From: Lama glama
Lineage: Eukaryota
NCBI GenBank assembly: GCA_028534125.1
Contig: CM052816.1
Coordinates: forward strand, 66,280,001-66,344,000
Length of the DNA: 64,000 nt
Direction of reading: 5' to 3'
The position numbers were made by a program, and so were the translations under genes. The notes beneath the pieces were generated by a model that searched no databases, was not told the DNA's origin, and was given only the letters and a program-made list of their open reading frames with translations. This document shows, piece by piece, positions 1 through 13,047 of the stretch. The stretch's first letter is position 1, and every line of letters begins with the position of its first letter.

Positions 1-971
1 AAATTCTGTGGGGTAGAATGATTTCTTTTTGAGTTTGAAATATTTCATTTTAACCAAAAAATTGTTTCTTCTCTGATAAGAATTGAAGGCTATCCTTTGA
101 GAACTGTGGCTTCCCCTGAAAAAGGGACTTTTGACTTCAAAATATCACTGAAGAATTTGTGCCTGAAGTGTCCTTGGAGGCAGAACTTTGATAAAAGAAA
201 GAGAAGTCTCTAGTTTGAGAAGCTCTTTTTGTTAGAATAAAAGCATAGTAGAAACAAGTTAAAAAGTTAGAACTATATGACCCTTGAATCTTAGCATTTT
301 TCAAAGTTAGTTATGGGCAGGGATGAGCAATGTAAGAATTGCAGACACTATAGAAAAGCCCCAAATCCATATTTGCCCCCAAACTGAACTGAACCTCAAG
401 CATGAGTGTCACCTTGTGGCTGTGAGCTCTCAAGGGGAAGACAGTCACCATCAGTCAGAAAAGTCCTGCTTCCCAACTGCAGTGACCATCCAACGACACC
501 CTTTTGGCCTGACATGCCATCTTAAAAAGCACATTATACCAGAAAAAGCAAGAAGCGAAAAGTATCTAATAGATACAGTCTTATTACCCAGGAAAATTTG
601 AGATGCAAATGAAAGTAATCCTTTCTAAAAGAAAAATGGCTCACAGCAAAGTACTTCATTTTCCCATCCTGCAGAAGTGAGGTGCTAACATCACCACTAA
701 GCTGTTCCGGTTGGTTCGAAGATGCTACTATTCAAATCTTGCTACAGCATCTATATAACTCCAATTCCTCCGCTCTACTGGTGCCTCATCACCCCACTAC
801 CCACCTGCCATTAATACTGGCACATGAAGTAGTTGATTTCTGCCCAGTGAGTCCACTGAGATGAAAGCCTTGGTTTATTTGAATAGACATTGGCCAAAAG
901 TACAGGGATTCATTGTAGCCTCACTCCTGTTTGAAAAACACAAGCAATGGGCTTCCATCCAATGATTCTAA

Positions 972-1193
972 CAGTGGTTCTTGACTAGGGGTGATGTCCC
1001 CCTGGTGATGTATGGCACTATCTGGGCGAAATTTTTGACTGTCATGGCTAGTGGAAGGAGGTGCTACAGCATCTAGCAAATAGAGGCCAGAGATGTTGCT
1101 AAATATCCTTCAATGCACAGGACATCTGCCCCCTTCTCCAACAGAGAATTATTGGACCCAAAATGTCAATAGTATCATGGCGGAGAAACCCTG
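972..1193. mobile_element. MER20-like hAT-Charlie DNA transposon (MITE)
   Basis: CAGTGGTTCTT...GAGAAACCCTG termini; internal 'ggtgctacagcatctag...agaggccagagatgttgctaaatatcct...cccaaaatgtcaatagt' matches the recalled MER20 consensus. Confidence 0.85.
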
Positions 1194-1724
1194 CTTCAAC
1201 AGACCAAGGGATTTATCTTCTTAAATAACCACCCCACTAGGGAGTTTGTGCTTTACCTGAGTATGGAGCCAGAGTACTGGAGTCTGATTCCAAATGACTC
1301 CAAGCTAGCTACTCAGGTTGCTTTGAAGAAGCACAAGCAATAAGCAATACCTGAACGCTTACAGCTATTGCTTTACTGAAAAAGTTTAAAGGACACATAT
1401 TCAAAATGCCATTGGGAATTGACTTTTTCAATAGGATGATTCTTTTTGATGGGGTGGCATTTTTCAGATTCAATAGCAACATGCTAACCTTGGATTATTC
1501 TGGGACCGCAAGACCTGTGACTAGTTAGAACAAGTTTAAACTTTCAACCTCCTTCTTGGGGTTGACCAGAGTTTTCAATACCCTTTTATCACTCAGCATA
1601 TCCAAGACAATCAGATCCTCACTCAGTCTCTTTATCTCCCTCCCCCCCAAAACTGAGGCAATGGTTGCCTGTGCTTTTTCTTTCTCCTTAGACTGACCAC
1701 AATGGCTAGCTTTTTTTTTTTTTC

Positions 1725-1950
1725 AAAGCACTTACCATGTGCTGTGAGCTTTTAATAGGATCTTACATGTTTGGTCTGATTTAATACTCAAAAGGACCCC
1801 ATGGGACAGGACTAATGCTATCCCCATTGTACAGGCTAGTAAAATGAGGCAGAGGGAGTTGAAGCATCTTGCCTAGAATTGCACAGCTAATAAATGGTGG
1901 TATGGGAAACAAACCTAGGGGGTTAGGCTCTAGAGTTGGCACTCCTCACA
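1725..1950 (-). mobile_element. MIR SINE
   Basis: Antisense MIR core 'atccccattgtacag...aaaatgaggcagagggagttgaagcatcttgcctagaattgcacagctaataaatgg'. Confidence 0.75.
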
Positions 1951-2249
1951 CCTATGTAAACATTTAGTCCAGGAGATTATTCTCTCTCCTGACTGTATCA
2001 GGATTTTCCTTCCTCCTCTTGCACTATTTCTGATGGATATGAATCCATCTACAATTAGGTTGCTTAAAGTGGAAGGAAAAAAATAACAAGGGAGCCGGAT
2101 AACCTATTTAACAAAAACTCAAACTCTCACGTTTTTGAAATTAAATGGAAACAGTTTGGCCCCTGGTCACGTACGGAATTCATATTTAGACACCACCTCC
2201 ACCCACACCGTACCCCTTTCGCCACACTCTCGTGGACTCGTTTCTCAGG

Positions 2250-2730
2250 GTGATGGGCTTGGCAGCACTCCACGTCTGCCCTCCGCACCTTCACCCGCCC
2301 CGGCTGAGTGCTCCCGGTATCTTTCCGGGAATATTTCTAGCTACTCCTCTACTCTCACGAGTTACTCACACTTCCTCAAACAAAGCCCAACTCATCATCT
2401 GAGCACACTTTTCTGTGTTCTCTGCCTGGAATGCCATCTCTTTCCTTTCTGTATACTCCAAGTCTGTCCATCCTAACCCCCAGGTCAGGTGCTACCTTCC
2501 AGCTATTTTCCGTTTTCTCAGTTCGTATGGTACTTGCTATTTATACTGCTCATTTGGCTCTTAATTCCATACACTATTACTTTGCGTTGTTTTAAAAGCA
2601 TTATACATGAGTATTTTTCTTATGAGCTGTAGAGTTGGATTCTTCAAAACAAAACCTTAGACCATTGTCTATTCTCTGAAGTATTTAACAGTGCCCAATA
2701 CATAGCTAGTACATGATTGAATAAATGACT
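2250..2730 (+). mobile_element. L2 3' fragment
   Basis: Pyrimidine-rich L2 motif 'tgttctctgcctggaatgcc' and L2-type tail 'acagtgcccaatacatag...gattgaataaatga'. Confidence 0.6.
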
Positions 2731-4091
2731 GAGTACATGGCTGCAGTTTGGTGAAAATGGACCATTCTAGTTCTGACACTGGGTCTAAATATCAGGAGAT
2801 TAAAACATATCTTTATCCTTCCCCAGTTCTGACTGCTTTTATTATTGCAGTCTCCAGTACATAAAAATCATATAAGACACCCAGTGCAGGGCAATGGATG
2901 TTGTGATAAAATAGCAAAACAGCCAACAAAACCACTATCCCTAGGCCTTTATTAGCACCAAAAGATGAAAACTCTATCCTGATTTAAAATCTTTTAGTAG
3001 AGAAGTCATACTGCAGGTGTTCTTTTTAGTACCTTCTGTGAGAAGGCAATGTTGGTTTAACTAAATTCTTGTGTGTGAAGCCTCCTCTGAAGACACAGCG
3101 CTGGCACGTTACTGGTGTATGCCGCAAACACACACCACTGTGCACAGTGATTTTAATTTATTTTTTTTGTCCTCCTGTGGCAGGCAGGCCAAACCAGGTA
3201 GTCCAAATGTTACTTTTGAGTAACATTCTTTCCTAAATTTGCTTTTATTGCAAATGAAGTGCTAAAAACGTGCTAGCAATGGTGCTAACTCAGACCCATC
3301 CTTCGCTGGGAGTAAGAAAGCAACCACAGAGCCACATGATCTCACGTGCAGCCTAAGGACCTTGCTCATCCCTTCCCTGGCTGGAGGTTGGCCTGGGGAG
3401 GAGGAAACCAGGACAGAACAGGAGCAATTCCTGAGGGCCCTTCGAGGTCAGAGGCTAGGGGGAGGTAACGGGAATGTAAAAGCACACACGAAAGGAAAGG
3501 GTCTTCTGATTGAAGACCCTGATTAAAATCCATGGGGCTCTTGGCACTTGAATGCAGAGGAAGATAAGAAAACGGCTGGTCTATTGCTTTTTACCATCTG
3601 TTTTAGAAACAAAAGGAAAAAAATGGTAGTGGCATGATGACTTGTCACCACTAATTTCTATTGAAGAAATTCACTGTCAGATAACCGGATTCAGAGAAAG
3701 TACAATTAACTAAAGATCTCAACATTTTATCAGGATTTCCTATTTTTACAAAGCCCAGGGAACAAGCTGAATTCCTTTAAAGCTTATTGTTCCGAACGCC
3801 TTCATTTTCTTGGCCTCCTAGCCATCTTCTCTAGAGGATTTACTAAGCCTTTCAACCTGACTGCACAACCAATCACCCCCACTCCTGCCCCCTGACACTG
3901 TGCAGATGTGACACTCACAAGGTTCTGGATCATTTGCAGAAGGCCAGTTGGTCATGAGAAAATAGGCTGACATAGACAATCAAAATTGGTTCTTATTTTT
4001 ACAAACAGAGAGCTGGTTTTGTAAGAAAATTAATTTGCTTCTGAGAGTGACCAGAAGAGGTTTACATGGTAACTCTTGTGAACCCTGGAGG

Positions 4092-4127
4092 TTTGGTATC
4101 CTAGTACGGTGATTCTAGGATACCAAA
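4092..4127. repeat. Perfect 13-bp inverted repeat with 10-nt spacer
   Basis: TTTGGTATCCTAG (4092-4104) / CTAGGATACCAAA (4115-4127). Confidence 0.95.
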
Positions 4128-4166
4128 AGCCACCTTGGACTTGTGATCATCTCTGAAAAGTGAGAA

Positions 4167-4358
4167 GGCATTTAGGTTGTTTCCATGTCTTGGCTATTGT
4201 AAATAGTGCTGCTATAAATAGTGGGGGTCCATGTGTCTTTTCAGATTAGAGCTTCCTCGAGATATGTGCCCTTGAGTGGTACTGCTGGATCATATGGTAC
4301 CAGAAATTGACACAAACTGTAAACTGACTATACTTCAATTTAAAAAAAAAAAGAAAAA
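4167..4358. mobile_element. Short young L1 insertion with 5' inversion
   Basis: 4167-4298 is antisense to the L1 ORF2 C-terminus; 4299-4358 is the sense extreme 3' end 'ccagaaattgacacaaactgtaaactgactatacttcaatt' plus poly(A); both parts align to the copy at 60.5-61.8 kb. Confidence 0.85.
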
Positions 4359-4860
4359 GCATGTACAATCTCATCGGAGACAACCAGAAACCTAAACCCT
4401 CTGTCTAATGCAGTGTATTTGTCTGTCTTTATTTATAACTTTTACCAGAAATGGAGCTGGCTTGCCTAATGCCTCCGGCATCAGGAGCCCAGTTGGAAAC
4501 AATATTAAGAGGTGGGAGAGGACAAGGCACCACTCAGTAATTGGTATACTCTGGGCAGGCAGTTAACACCAGAAAACTATGTTTGAGAGTTGATACTTCA
4601 ATATGATATCAAGACTTTGTCATAGCACTTTATTCAATTGACAAAAATCCACTGGAATTTTTCTCTGAAAGTTCAATTATGTATTAACTCGATCTTCTTA
4701 GAAACAGGTCTTGGTTACGGAGAATAACACTCTTAATAGTGAGAAGTGCAAGTCAGGCAGTCAATTGCTCTTCGTCACTTTCAAATCAGCTTTTTTCTTC
4801 TTAGGACAGCGCCTCCAGCGAGAGACACCATTTCCCAGCTTCCTCACAGATAGAAATGCC

Positions 4861-5333
4861 TGAGATGGTTAACTTTATGTGTCACCTTGACTTGGCCAAA
4901 GGATGCCCAGATAGCTGGTTAGACACTACTCCTGGGTGTTTCCAGAAGAGATTCGCATTTGAATTGGTGCACTGAGCAAAGCAGAGGGCCCTCCCCGATG
5001 TTGCTGGGCATCATCCAAAAGTTGAGGACCTGGACAGAACCAAAGGGCAGAGAAAGGCTGTCTGCCTGACTGCTGAGCTGGGACATAGATCTTCACTTGC
5101 CCTCAGCCCTCCTGGTTTTCGGCGTTCAGACCCAGGCTGAACTCTACACCCTCTGCTCTATGGCATTCAGGCTTTCCTGGGCCTCCAGCTTACAGACAGC
5201 ACATCATGGGATTTCTCAGTTCCCATGATTGTATGAGCTGATTCCTTATAATGTCTTTATCTCTAGATATGTATCTATATAGATAAAATATACATACGCT
5301 GTTGGTTATGTTTCCCTGGAGAACCCTAATTCA
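4861..5333 (+). mobile_element. MLT2 (ERVL) solo LTR
   Basis: TG start 'tgagatggttaactttatgtgtcaccttgac', internal 'ccagatagctgg', end 'tttccctggagaaccctaattca'. Confidence 0.85.
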
Positions 5334-5644
5334 ATGATGAAGTTCTGGTCACTGAAATGAGAGCACAATGGATGGGAGCAACTTTTGCCTTGCTCCCTCA
5401 AAAGACAGATAAGCCCTGGACCATCCCACATATTCCATTCGTAGGAGTATGGCTGAGGCTATGATCCAGCTTCCGCCATGCAGATAAGGTTAATGCCCTA
5501 GTGAAGACGGTGGCTGCAAGTTGGAAGAACCCTGCATCCCTAAATGACTTTGTGCAACCTGGCTGTCCTTCGAGGTTAGTCCAGTTGTGTTTCTTAAGTG
5601 AAACAGAAAGCAGTGTCTTGTAAAACTTAGCCTGATATTTTAAG

Positions 5645-5646
<2 letters not shown>

Positions 5647-5704
<58 letters not shown>
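5647..5704. repeat. (GT)29 microsatellite
   Basis: Uninterrupted GT dinucleotide run. Confidence 0.98.
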
Positions 5705-5706
<2 letters not shown>

Positions 5707-6251
5707 GCAGCTTAGCCTTTGTAATACCCAATTCTAATACCCAGTGCTTTGTCTACACTTGTGTAAATTCAGCACATACCCTTATGTGCACCCAGCTACT
5801 GCTGTATCCCTTTCATCTGGAACAATCAATCCCTTTGTAGAGATTCTTAGCCCCTCACAGAAAGCTGGAAACCTTTTCAGGGCCTATTTTTGGGTAGCTT
5901 ATAGAATCAAGTCATTGATTAATTACTTAGTTATAAGAAAGGTTGCCATTTCTAAAGTGCACCAGTCTAGTTATCATCTTTCCAATGTCAGCAACCATGG
6001 CCATTAGGTATGAGCTAACATTTCTTCCTGTAAACTCTGCACGTGATGTTTCTGCATAATTTCTCTGTCCTTTGGGAGTGTGCACACACAGCCTTGCACT
6101 GTAACTGCATTTTTTCATAAGTGCAAACACTAAAGAAACCTGGCAGAGTGGCTATTTGTCATCCCTTTGAACCTGAAATTAACGTGTGCCAGTCTGTTAG
6201 TAAGGAATATGGGTTCCATTATAAATAAGCAAGAAGCTCTCTAATTATGAA

Positions 6252-6770
6252 TATTTTTCCAGCTTTGTTGAGGTAAAGTGACAAAAATTGTATATATTTG
6301 AGGCATACAACTTGGTGATTTGATATACATATACATTCTGAAATATTCACCACAATCAAGCTAATTAACATATTACCCCACAAAGTTCTTTTTTTTTTTT
6401 TCATATCATATCATCTTTTTTCTTTTGGTAATGATAATGATTTCATTTCCTTTGTATATATGGCCAGGAGTGAAAACAATTGGATCATATAGTAGTTCCA
6501 TTTTTAATTTTTTGAAGAAACTATTGTTTTCCATAACTACATTCCCACCAACAGTATACCAGGGTTCCCTTTTCTCCACATCCTTGACAACATTTGTTAT
6601 CTTTCATCTTTTTGATAACTGACATTCTAATGGGTTTGAGGAGATAGCTCACTGTTTTGATTTGCATTTCGTTCATAATCAGTGAATTTGAGTACCTTTT
6701 CATATACTTATTGACTATTTGTATGTCTTCTTTTGAGAAGTATCCACATCTTTTGCCAATTTAAAAAAAT
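6252..6770 (-). mobile_element. L1 (L1MA9/10-like) 3' end plus ORF2 C-terminal fragment
   Basis: Antisense 3' end 'ttgaggtaaagtgacaaaaattgtatatatttgagg...cacaatcaagctaattaac'; ORF 6521-6703 (MQIKT...KCCQGCGEKGTLVYCWWEC) resembles the L1 ORF2 cysteine-rich domain; internally deleted. Confidence 0.85.
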
Positions 6771-9559
6771 TGGGACATATTATGAGTGAAAGGAGTTTTT
6801 GAATGTGGATTGATTCATTATAACTAAATGCAAATTTTTACTTTCAAAAACAGCTTTCATACCTTAGGTTTAGAACATCTTCCAAATTTATATTTCCCTT
6901 GGTTATATACTACTAATGATTCACAGGGGAAAAAATGTGTCTAATGCTTTACTCAACAGGTAAATTTTCACACATCCCATATTAATGCATGGTCTTATGG
7001 GGAATAGAAAAGAATGCAGCTCCGTATTTTCTCTACTGTGGCATGATTCCAGTAACAGTCGCTAAGGTGGTTATAGCTAGAAAGCTAAGAGCTCAAAGGC
7101 CACTAAACTTTCCAGGATTTACGTAAGGAACAGATTCTCTCTATCCCCAGCCAGTTTTTGTGCACTCCCGTGAAGTGGTCCTGGTACTGTGACAAGTCTT
7201 CACAGAGCACCATTTAAAGAGTCAGCTTTGGGCAAAGCAATGGGAAGTCCCATGATCTGCTGGTCTTATTACATCTCCACAGGGTTGACCTCTGGTCAGA
7301 AAACAGATCTCCTTTCTAGGACTGAGATATTAATTTCAACTTTCCTAATTTGCATAATCATCCTTACAATGAGTATGAGGAGATGCCATGCTGTAGCTCA
7401 GTGAGAAAGAAGATCAAGGGTTTAGAATTCCAAAATCCTTGTAGGAACCCAATCTTTAGTGATTAGCTGGATTCGGATTTTCAACTAGCATCTGAAGTCC
7501 CCCAGACACTCACATGCTCCTGACTCCCAGAGGTTCTCACGTCAGGCTGGAGCCACATGGCCTACTCTCTCACGCATCACCACCAGTCTCATAGATTACA
7601 CCATTTCGGAATTCTCTTCATGTTGCTCTAATTCCTTATCCCATTGTTCACCCTTTCATGCCATCTTAGTCTTGCCCAGGTCTGTAGAACTGACCCTTGA
7701 AAATCTTAATTGAGATGTTTGATCTTAGTCTTGCTGCTTCTTATTTCAAGCATGAGTTTGTATATTTGTTTGCTAGAAACCCTTTAGAGTCCAAGAAAGA
7801 GAGAATGCACCCCAGCGTGAGACTAGACTGTGTGGTGGTGAAGAGACATACAGCCAAATTCCTCATGGGGGCGCCATCGTCTCAAGCCTCTGTCAGGGGC
7901 ACCTGAAGCACTGTTGATACTCCATTGTCCATCTGGACCCTTAGGTAAGGACCCAGGGCAAATGTATTCCTGCTGCTAAATATACCAACTGTGAGAAAAG
8001 TGACAATCATTCCAAGTGGGAAGGAAGCGACTCCAAATTCATGTGGTAAAGCCATATTCTCACTAGAAATGACTAGACAGGGCCTGAAAAAATATTTCAT
8101 TGCATTTAGTTATACAAGAAGACAAAGGAATTATCAAAGATCTGTTAGAGCTAAGTCAATACTTAGTTAAGGATCCGGGCTCCCACATTCTCTTTATTTG
8201 CTTTTCTGCAAACTTACTAAAGAATTCGACTCAAAAAATGTGGGAGGGCCCCCACAAAACGTGATTTTTCCTGCTCTCTTCTTGTGTGGCAGCTGAAACA
8301 AGCACCAGGCTGTACCTAATGCCGTCTCCACGGGAGGCCCTGAAACACAGTCCCTTCATTACACAAAGACACCGTGGGGGATTTGCTTAAACATTAAAAA
8401 ACACCCATTTAGAGGGGTGGAGAAACTAAGCATTTCCTAGTGGGAGGGAAGCACCAGCCTATATAGAATTAATAGCTTAAAACCCTTGGATTATATTTTT
8501 CTGCTCTTAGAGAACGAAATTGCTAACGCCACCACTAACCTACTGTGAGCTTTTCCCTCCTGTCTGCAAGAAACACTTTCCAAAAAAAGATCTGGCTCCT
8601 GTCAGCAATTCACAAAATCCAAAAACTAAATGGAGGGCAACAACAGAGGGCGCCCATGTAAGGGAGAAGCCAGGCTGCTGCCCATAAACCAGCACAGAAT
8701 GAGTTTGCTTCCTGCCTAATTGTCTTAACTGAAGACATTTCATGAGGATTTACTCACATGCCATAGAATATATTATTATGTGGCAACCCAAGGTATTAAA
8801 AGAAAATTTAAACTTCTAAACACCATTCACTAGGGAGCCTGAGCCAATTTATCTAAATTCACCAACACGGCGCAGCCATTCCCTAAGATGGATGTTTTCA
8901 TATTCAGTTGAATCCATTACATGGTTAATCACCTCACATGAACCAGATAGATCAGATCATAGTTTTCATAAATAGTTGATAACTCTTTGAAGAAAAGAGG
9001 CCAATGGAGTTGAAGAAATGCCCTTCAGGTGCTAGCAGTGTAAAATGAGTCCACAAGAACTGTATTATGACCTCTATTAGAGCTGTCTTCAAAGTTATCT
9101 TCTGATCTCTGCTAGGCTTTGTGTTCTGAGTTGATGAAAAGTCAGAATTCATTTAGATCCCAGCATTCCAAAAGAGTCTGCACTGGGCTTTAATAACGGA
9201 TGTTGTGTGAACTCAAAACCACTTTTTGTAATATTCATGGGAGAAGGAAATGCCTGCCTCTTTAGTGGGGTTTAGGGGTGGAGGGCAGCACACTTGCAAA
9301 CCAAATCCAGGTCCTCATCTCTCAGGGGGAGACCCTTATGTGTTCTGGTCATGAGAAACTTAAGGAAATAAACGACATTCTTTTTCAAGACCATTTCACA
9401 TTGATTGTGGTCACGCTGACTATCCCAGGGCCAAAATACATTGAAGGAGTTTGTAGAGTCAAAAAGACCTAGGTTTGAGTAGTAGCTCTAGCATGCACTG
9501 GCTGGGTGGCCTCATCCTTAGTTTCCATTTTTGAAAAAGTAGGATCAACAATACTGTTT

Positions 9560-10490
9560 TTTCCCTCCCAAATCTCTTTTTAAAAAAGTTCAAGCTTAAA
9601 ATTAAAAGTTGTCATCCACCTAGTTTTCACAAAAGTTCATGAATTGTTGACATTTTGCCACATTTGTCTCCTCTCTGTAACACTTTAGTTGTTGTTGAAT
9701 TATTTAAAAGTAAACTGAAAACTTGATGATACTTAAACACTTCACAGATTGAAGACTAGAAGACAGTTTCCTCCATAACCACAGCTCCATCAAGTTAACC
9801 AAGAAATTCAATACTGACCCAATACTATCATTATTATCTAGTACATAGATCATATTCAACTTTCCCCAATTATTCCAGTAGTAACTTTGTCCCTGATTTT
9901 TCCCCCCACCTAAGATCCCAAAAGATCACACGCTGCATTTAGCTATCATCTCGGTAGTCTGTTTTAGTTTCGACCACTCTTCTTAACTTTTTTTCATGAC
10001 ATTGATGTTTTTGAAGAGTTCAAGCCATTTGTGGCCAATAGTAGAATGTTCCTAAATCTGAATTTGTTCATTTCCTTGTGATTAGATTCAGGTTAAACGT
10101 TTCAATGAGCCTTTGTGTGCAAGGTTGAGCACTTCCCGTTACAGGCCTACGCAAGACACATCAAGTAAGCTTGTCCCATAACTTCGCTCATGTGGTTAAT
10201 GTATTGCCAGCCAAATATTTCTATAGTAAGGGTATCTTTTATCCCTTTGTGATTAACAACTAAACTGGTGCAAGAAGCTCTGAGACTACGCATATTCTCT
10301 CCTCTTAATCTCTTAGCATCCACTGATGACTTTAGCTTGAATCAGCTATTATATTCATGATTGAAAAACCTATTTTCCAATTGTTTTCCTTTTTCCTTAC
10401 ATCAGCGACATTCTTCTATAGAGGAGAGATCCCCCTCCTTTTCAGTATCATTATGAATTACTATTTTAAACTTAATGTGCTACAATCTAA
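9560..10490 (-). mobile_element. Old L1M (L1MC/ME-like) 3' region
   Basis: 'ttgttgacattttgccacatttg', 'catattcaactttccccaattattcc', 'catgacattgatgtttttgaagagt', 'attagattcaggttaaac'. Confidence 0.7.
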
Positions 10491-11439
10491 TGATACTTAA
10501 AGAGTAGTGATGATTGGAACAAAAGTATGTAACACGCTTGGTACGTAACTGAGCCATAGTGGGCATTTGACAAGTAGTAGCTTTCAAAATAGATAATTTT
10601 ATTCTATGTGCAATAGCTAAAATGTCAACTTAATACTGTAGTAGAGTACAACTTAGTCACCAAATCTTGTCTATGGGAGAAATGACGATGGGGCTACCTG
10701 ACCAAGGAATTTCCAGAAGTCCTCTAGGCCTGTGGTTAAAAGATATTCTTCTCTCCTAGAGATCTAAATGGTACCTTCAGACTGGCCAGATGACTTACAG
10801 CTGCCCATGTCCCAGCCACATCTCTGCTTCCACCTTACTCATTGCATGGCTACCATCTTCTCTGATGCCTGCTATAGGCAAATAGGCCCGGCGATCTCCA
10901 CCCACCTGACTATTCTCTACCTCTATGGAGGGCAGGGGAAGATTTCTATTTTCAAATGGGAGACAGCTATAGTTTGTCAAGAAGTTTGCAGTTTCTCAAC
11001 AAGCAGTCTTGGGGAAGAACTATGAGTGGGAAATGGAGGCAGCATTTCTATGTGAGTTGCTTACTGTTTTAATTCAGTCTTCTAGGGAGTTTGATACCCT
11101 TGGTGCCAAACATTCATTAGCAGTAAGTTCTTCAGGGAAGCACATTAACTCTTTCAGGGAGAGAAAGAATAATTATGTATCTTAGAGACAGGATTTAGGT
11201 CCAGAAGTTGAGGTCTTTCAAAGTCCACAGCCACTAGTGGTCCTGAGGTTTTGGGAAAAGAGCAATGTTTAGCATCAATTCATTGCTGGACTGGGCAAAT
11301 CATCATTAATGGGATTACTAGCTAAATAAAAACTGCTTCTCTCAACCCTATACATGGAATTCTGTTTGCAAATTCAAGGCGGGATGTGTGTACGTAGTGG
11401 ATTAAGGTTGAGACATAGAAATAACTCAACTGGAAAACT

Positions 11440-11890
11440 CCTGTACACCTCATCCTTCCCCATCCACTCTAGGCCTATCTCTGCCTTGCCCTGAGCCCAG
11501 GGAGGCTGACCTCTGTGAACTATGTCATCTGGGCATCCTTCCCTTGCAGCTTCCAATTGGATCTGGCAATGGGAGGCTCCAGCAGGAGCTCAGATGGCAG
11601 GAGGAGAAAGAATCCAGCCCTCCCTGCTTCTTGGCAGCAGCAGGTCTCTCCACACTGTAGTTCTTACAGACTTCTCCACAGCTCCTGCTCTCACTGCAGT
11701 ATAGCTAACACTCCATCCCCCGTGTCTTCAGCTCTAAGGTAGTAATGGCTTCCTGCCGTGACAGTCTCCAGGTGCCCTACCATCCCCTTTCCTTATCCCT
11801 GCCGACACCCCTGTAAACGATCTCTTCCCAGAAGTTTGCTTTGAACCATCCTGGATAGATTCTGTTTCCTGGCAGGCCCCTGTTACAAAC
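11440..11890 (+). mobile_element. LTR33-like ERVL LTR
   Basis: 'cccagggaggctgacctctgtgaact...ggcaatgggaggctccagcaggag...ggcaggaggag' and end 'ctgtttcctggcaggcccctg'. Confidence 0.7.
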
Positions 11891-12086
11891 TTATCTGCCA
11901 GGTTCTGTACTAAACGATTATTCACTTACCCCACCCACTTACCCCACCCATCCTGTGCAGTGGAATTATAAGCACCGTGTTTTAGCTGGTAGGTTGATGC
12001 TCACAGAAATTACGTTACATGCCAAGCATCATACATCTACCAGGTGTGGGTGTCGGAGCCAAGCCTGAGTTACCATTTCTCCAATA

Positions 12087-12130
12087 CTACATACAGTGTC
12101 TTTAGAACCTACATACAGTGTCTTTAGAAC
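12087..12130. repeat. Perfect 22-bp tandem duplication
   Basis: CTACATACAGTGTCTTTAGAAC x2. Confidence 0.95.
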
Positions 12131-12573
12131 TTCCTTCAAAGATGGTCCAGAAAGTTTTTAATTATGTAGGTGAGGAGCTGCCTAAGGGTATTTATGGCCA
12201 CTTGAAGTGAACAGGAACTAAAATGGACAGCTTTGGAGTTCCTGGACCCTGTCAGATTTTTATTTCTCTCCTTCCAATCATTCTACCTCAGAATCATACG
12301 AAAGGTAATCTGCTGGGCAAACCCTTTCTATAAGTGAACCTGACTGGTAAAGACATGGACGTGAGGGGAGTAATTTCACTGCAGCTAGTAATTTGCAGTT
12401 GTCCTAGGAACTGCAAAGAGGAGGCAATCAAACACTAGGTAGAGTGACTTGTGCGCTGTTAAGCTTAACCATGGTTTGTTCTGGTTTTAAGATCCCCCCA
12501 CTTCTGTAGTCTTCCTCTTCTTTTTCCTCTTCCTCTTCTCCTGTCTTTTATTTTTCTTTACATCTTATGCCCA

Positions 12574-13047
12574 TTTTTTTAACACCTTTATTGTGGTATG
12601 GTTCCTGTATAGTAAATTTCAGATGTACAATCTGATGAATTTTGATAGATGTATACACCCATGAAACCACCACCACAATCAAGATAGCTAACATTTCCAT
12701 CACTCCCTAAGAGGTGCAATTTTCTAATTCCCAATTTACCCCTTCCCACCCCCTTTCCTACACTGGTAACCATAAGTTTGTTTTCTGTCTGTGAGTCTGT
12801 TTCTGTTTTGTAAATAAGTTCATTTGCCTTTTTTTTTTTTTAGACTCCACATAAATGATATTATATGGCATTTTTCTCACTCTTTCTGGCTTACTTCACT
12901 TAGAATGATGATCTCCAGGTCCATCCATGTTGTTGCAAATGGTATTATTTCATTCTCTTTTATGGCTGAGTAGTATTTCATTGTGTGTATGTATGTATGT
13001 ATATACACACACACATACATACACACACCACAACTTCTTTATCCAGT
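12574..13047 (-). mobile_element. Chimeric L1 insertion (young L1 3' region joined to an old L1M 3' end) with 13-bp TSD
   Basis: TSD CATCTTATGCCCA at 12561-12573 and 13048-13060; T7 tail at 12574; 12715-13047 aligns to young L1; 12581-12714 resembles an L1MD/ME 3' terminus. Confidence 0.8.

Larger units (their letters stand above)
4820..5740 (+). mobile_element. MLT1 (MaLR) LTR, interrupted by MLT2 and a (GT)n tract
   Basis: 'catttcccagcttcctcacagatag' resumes after the MLT2 as 'gaagttctggtcactgaaatgagagc', and ends 'tgttagcagc...ctaatac'. Confidence 0.6.
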
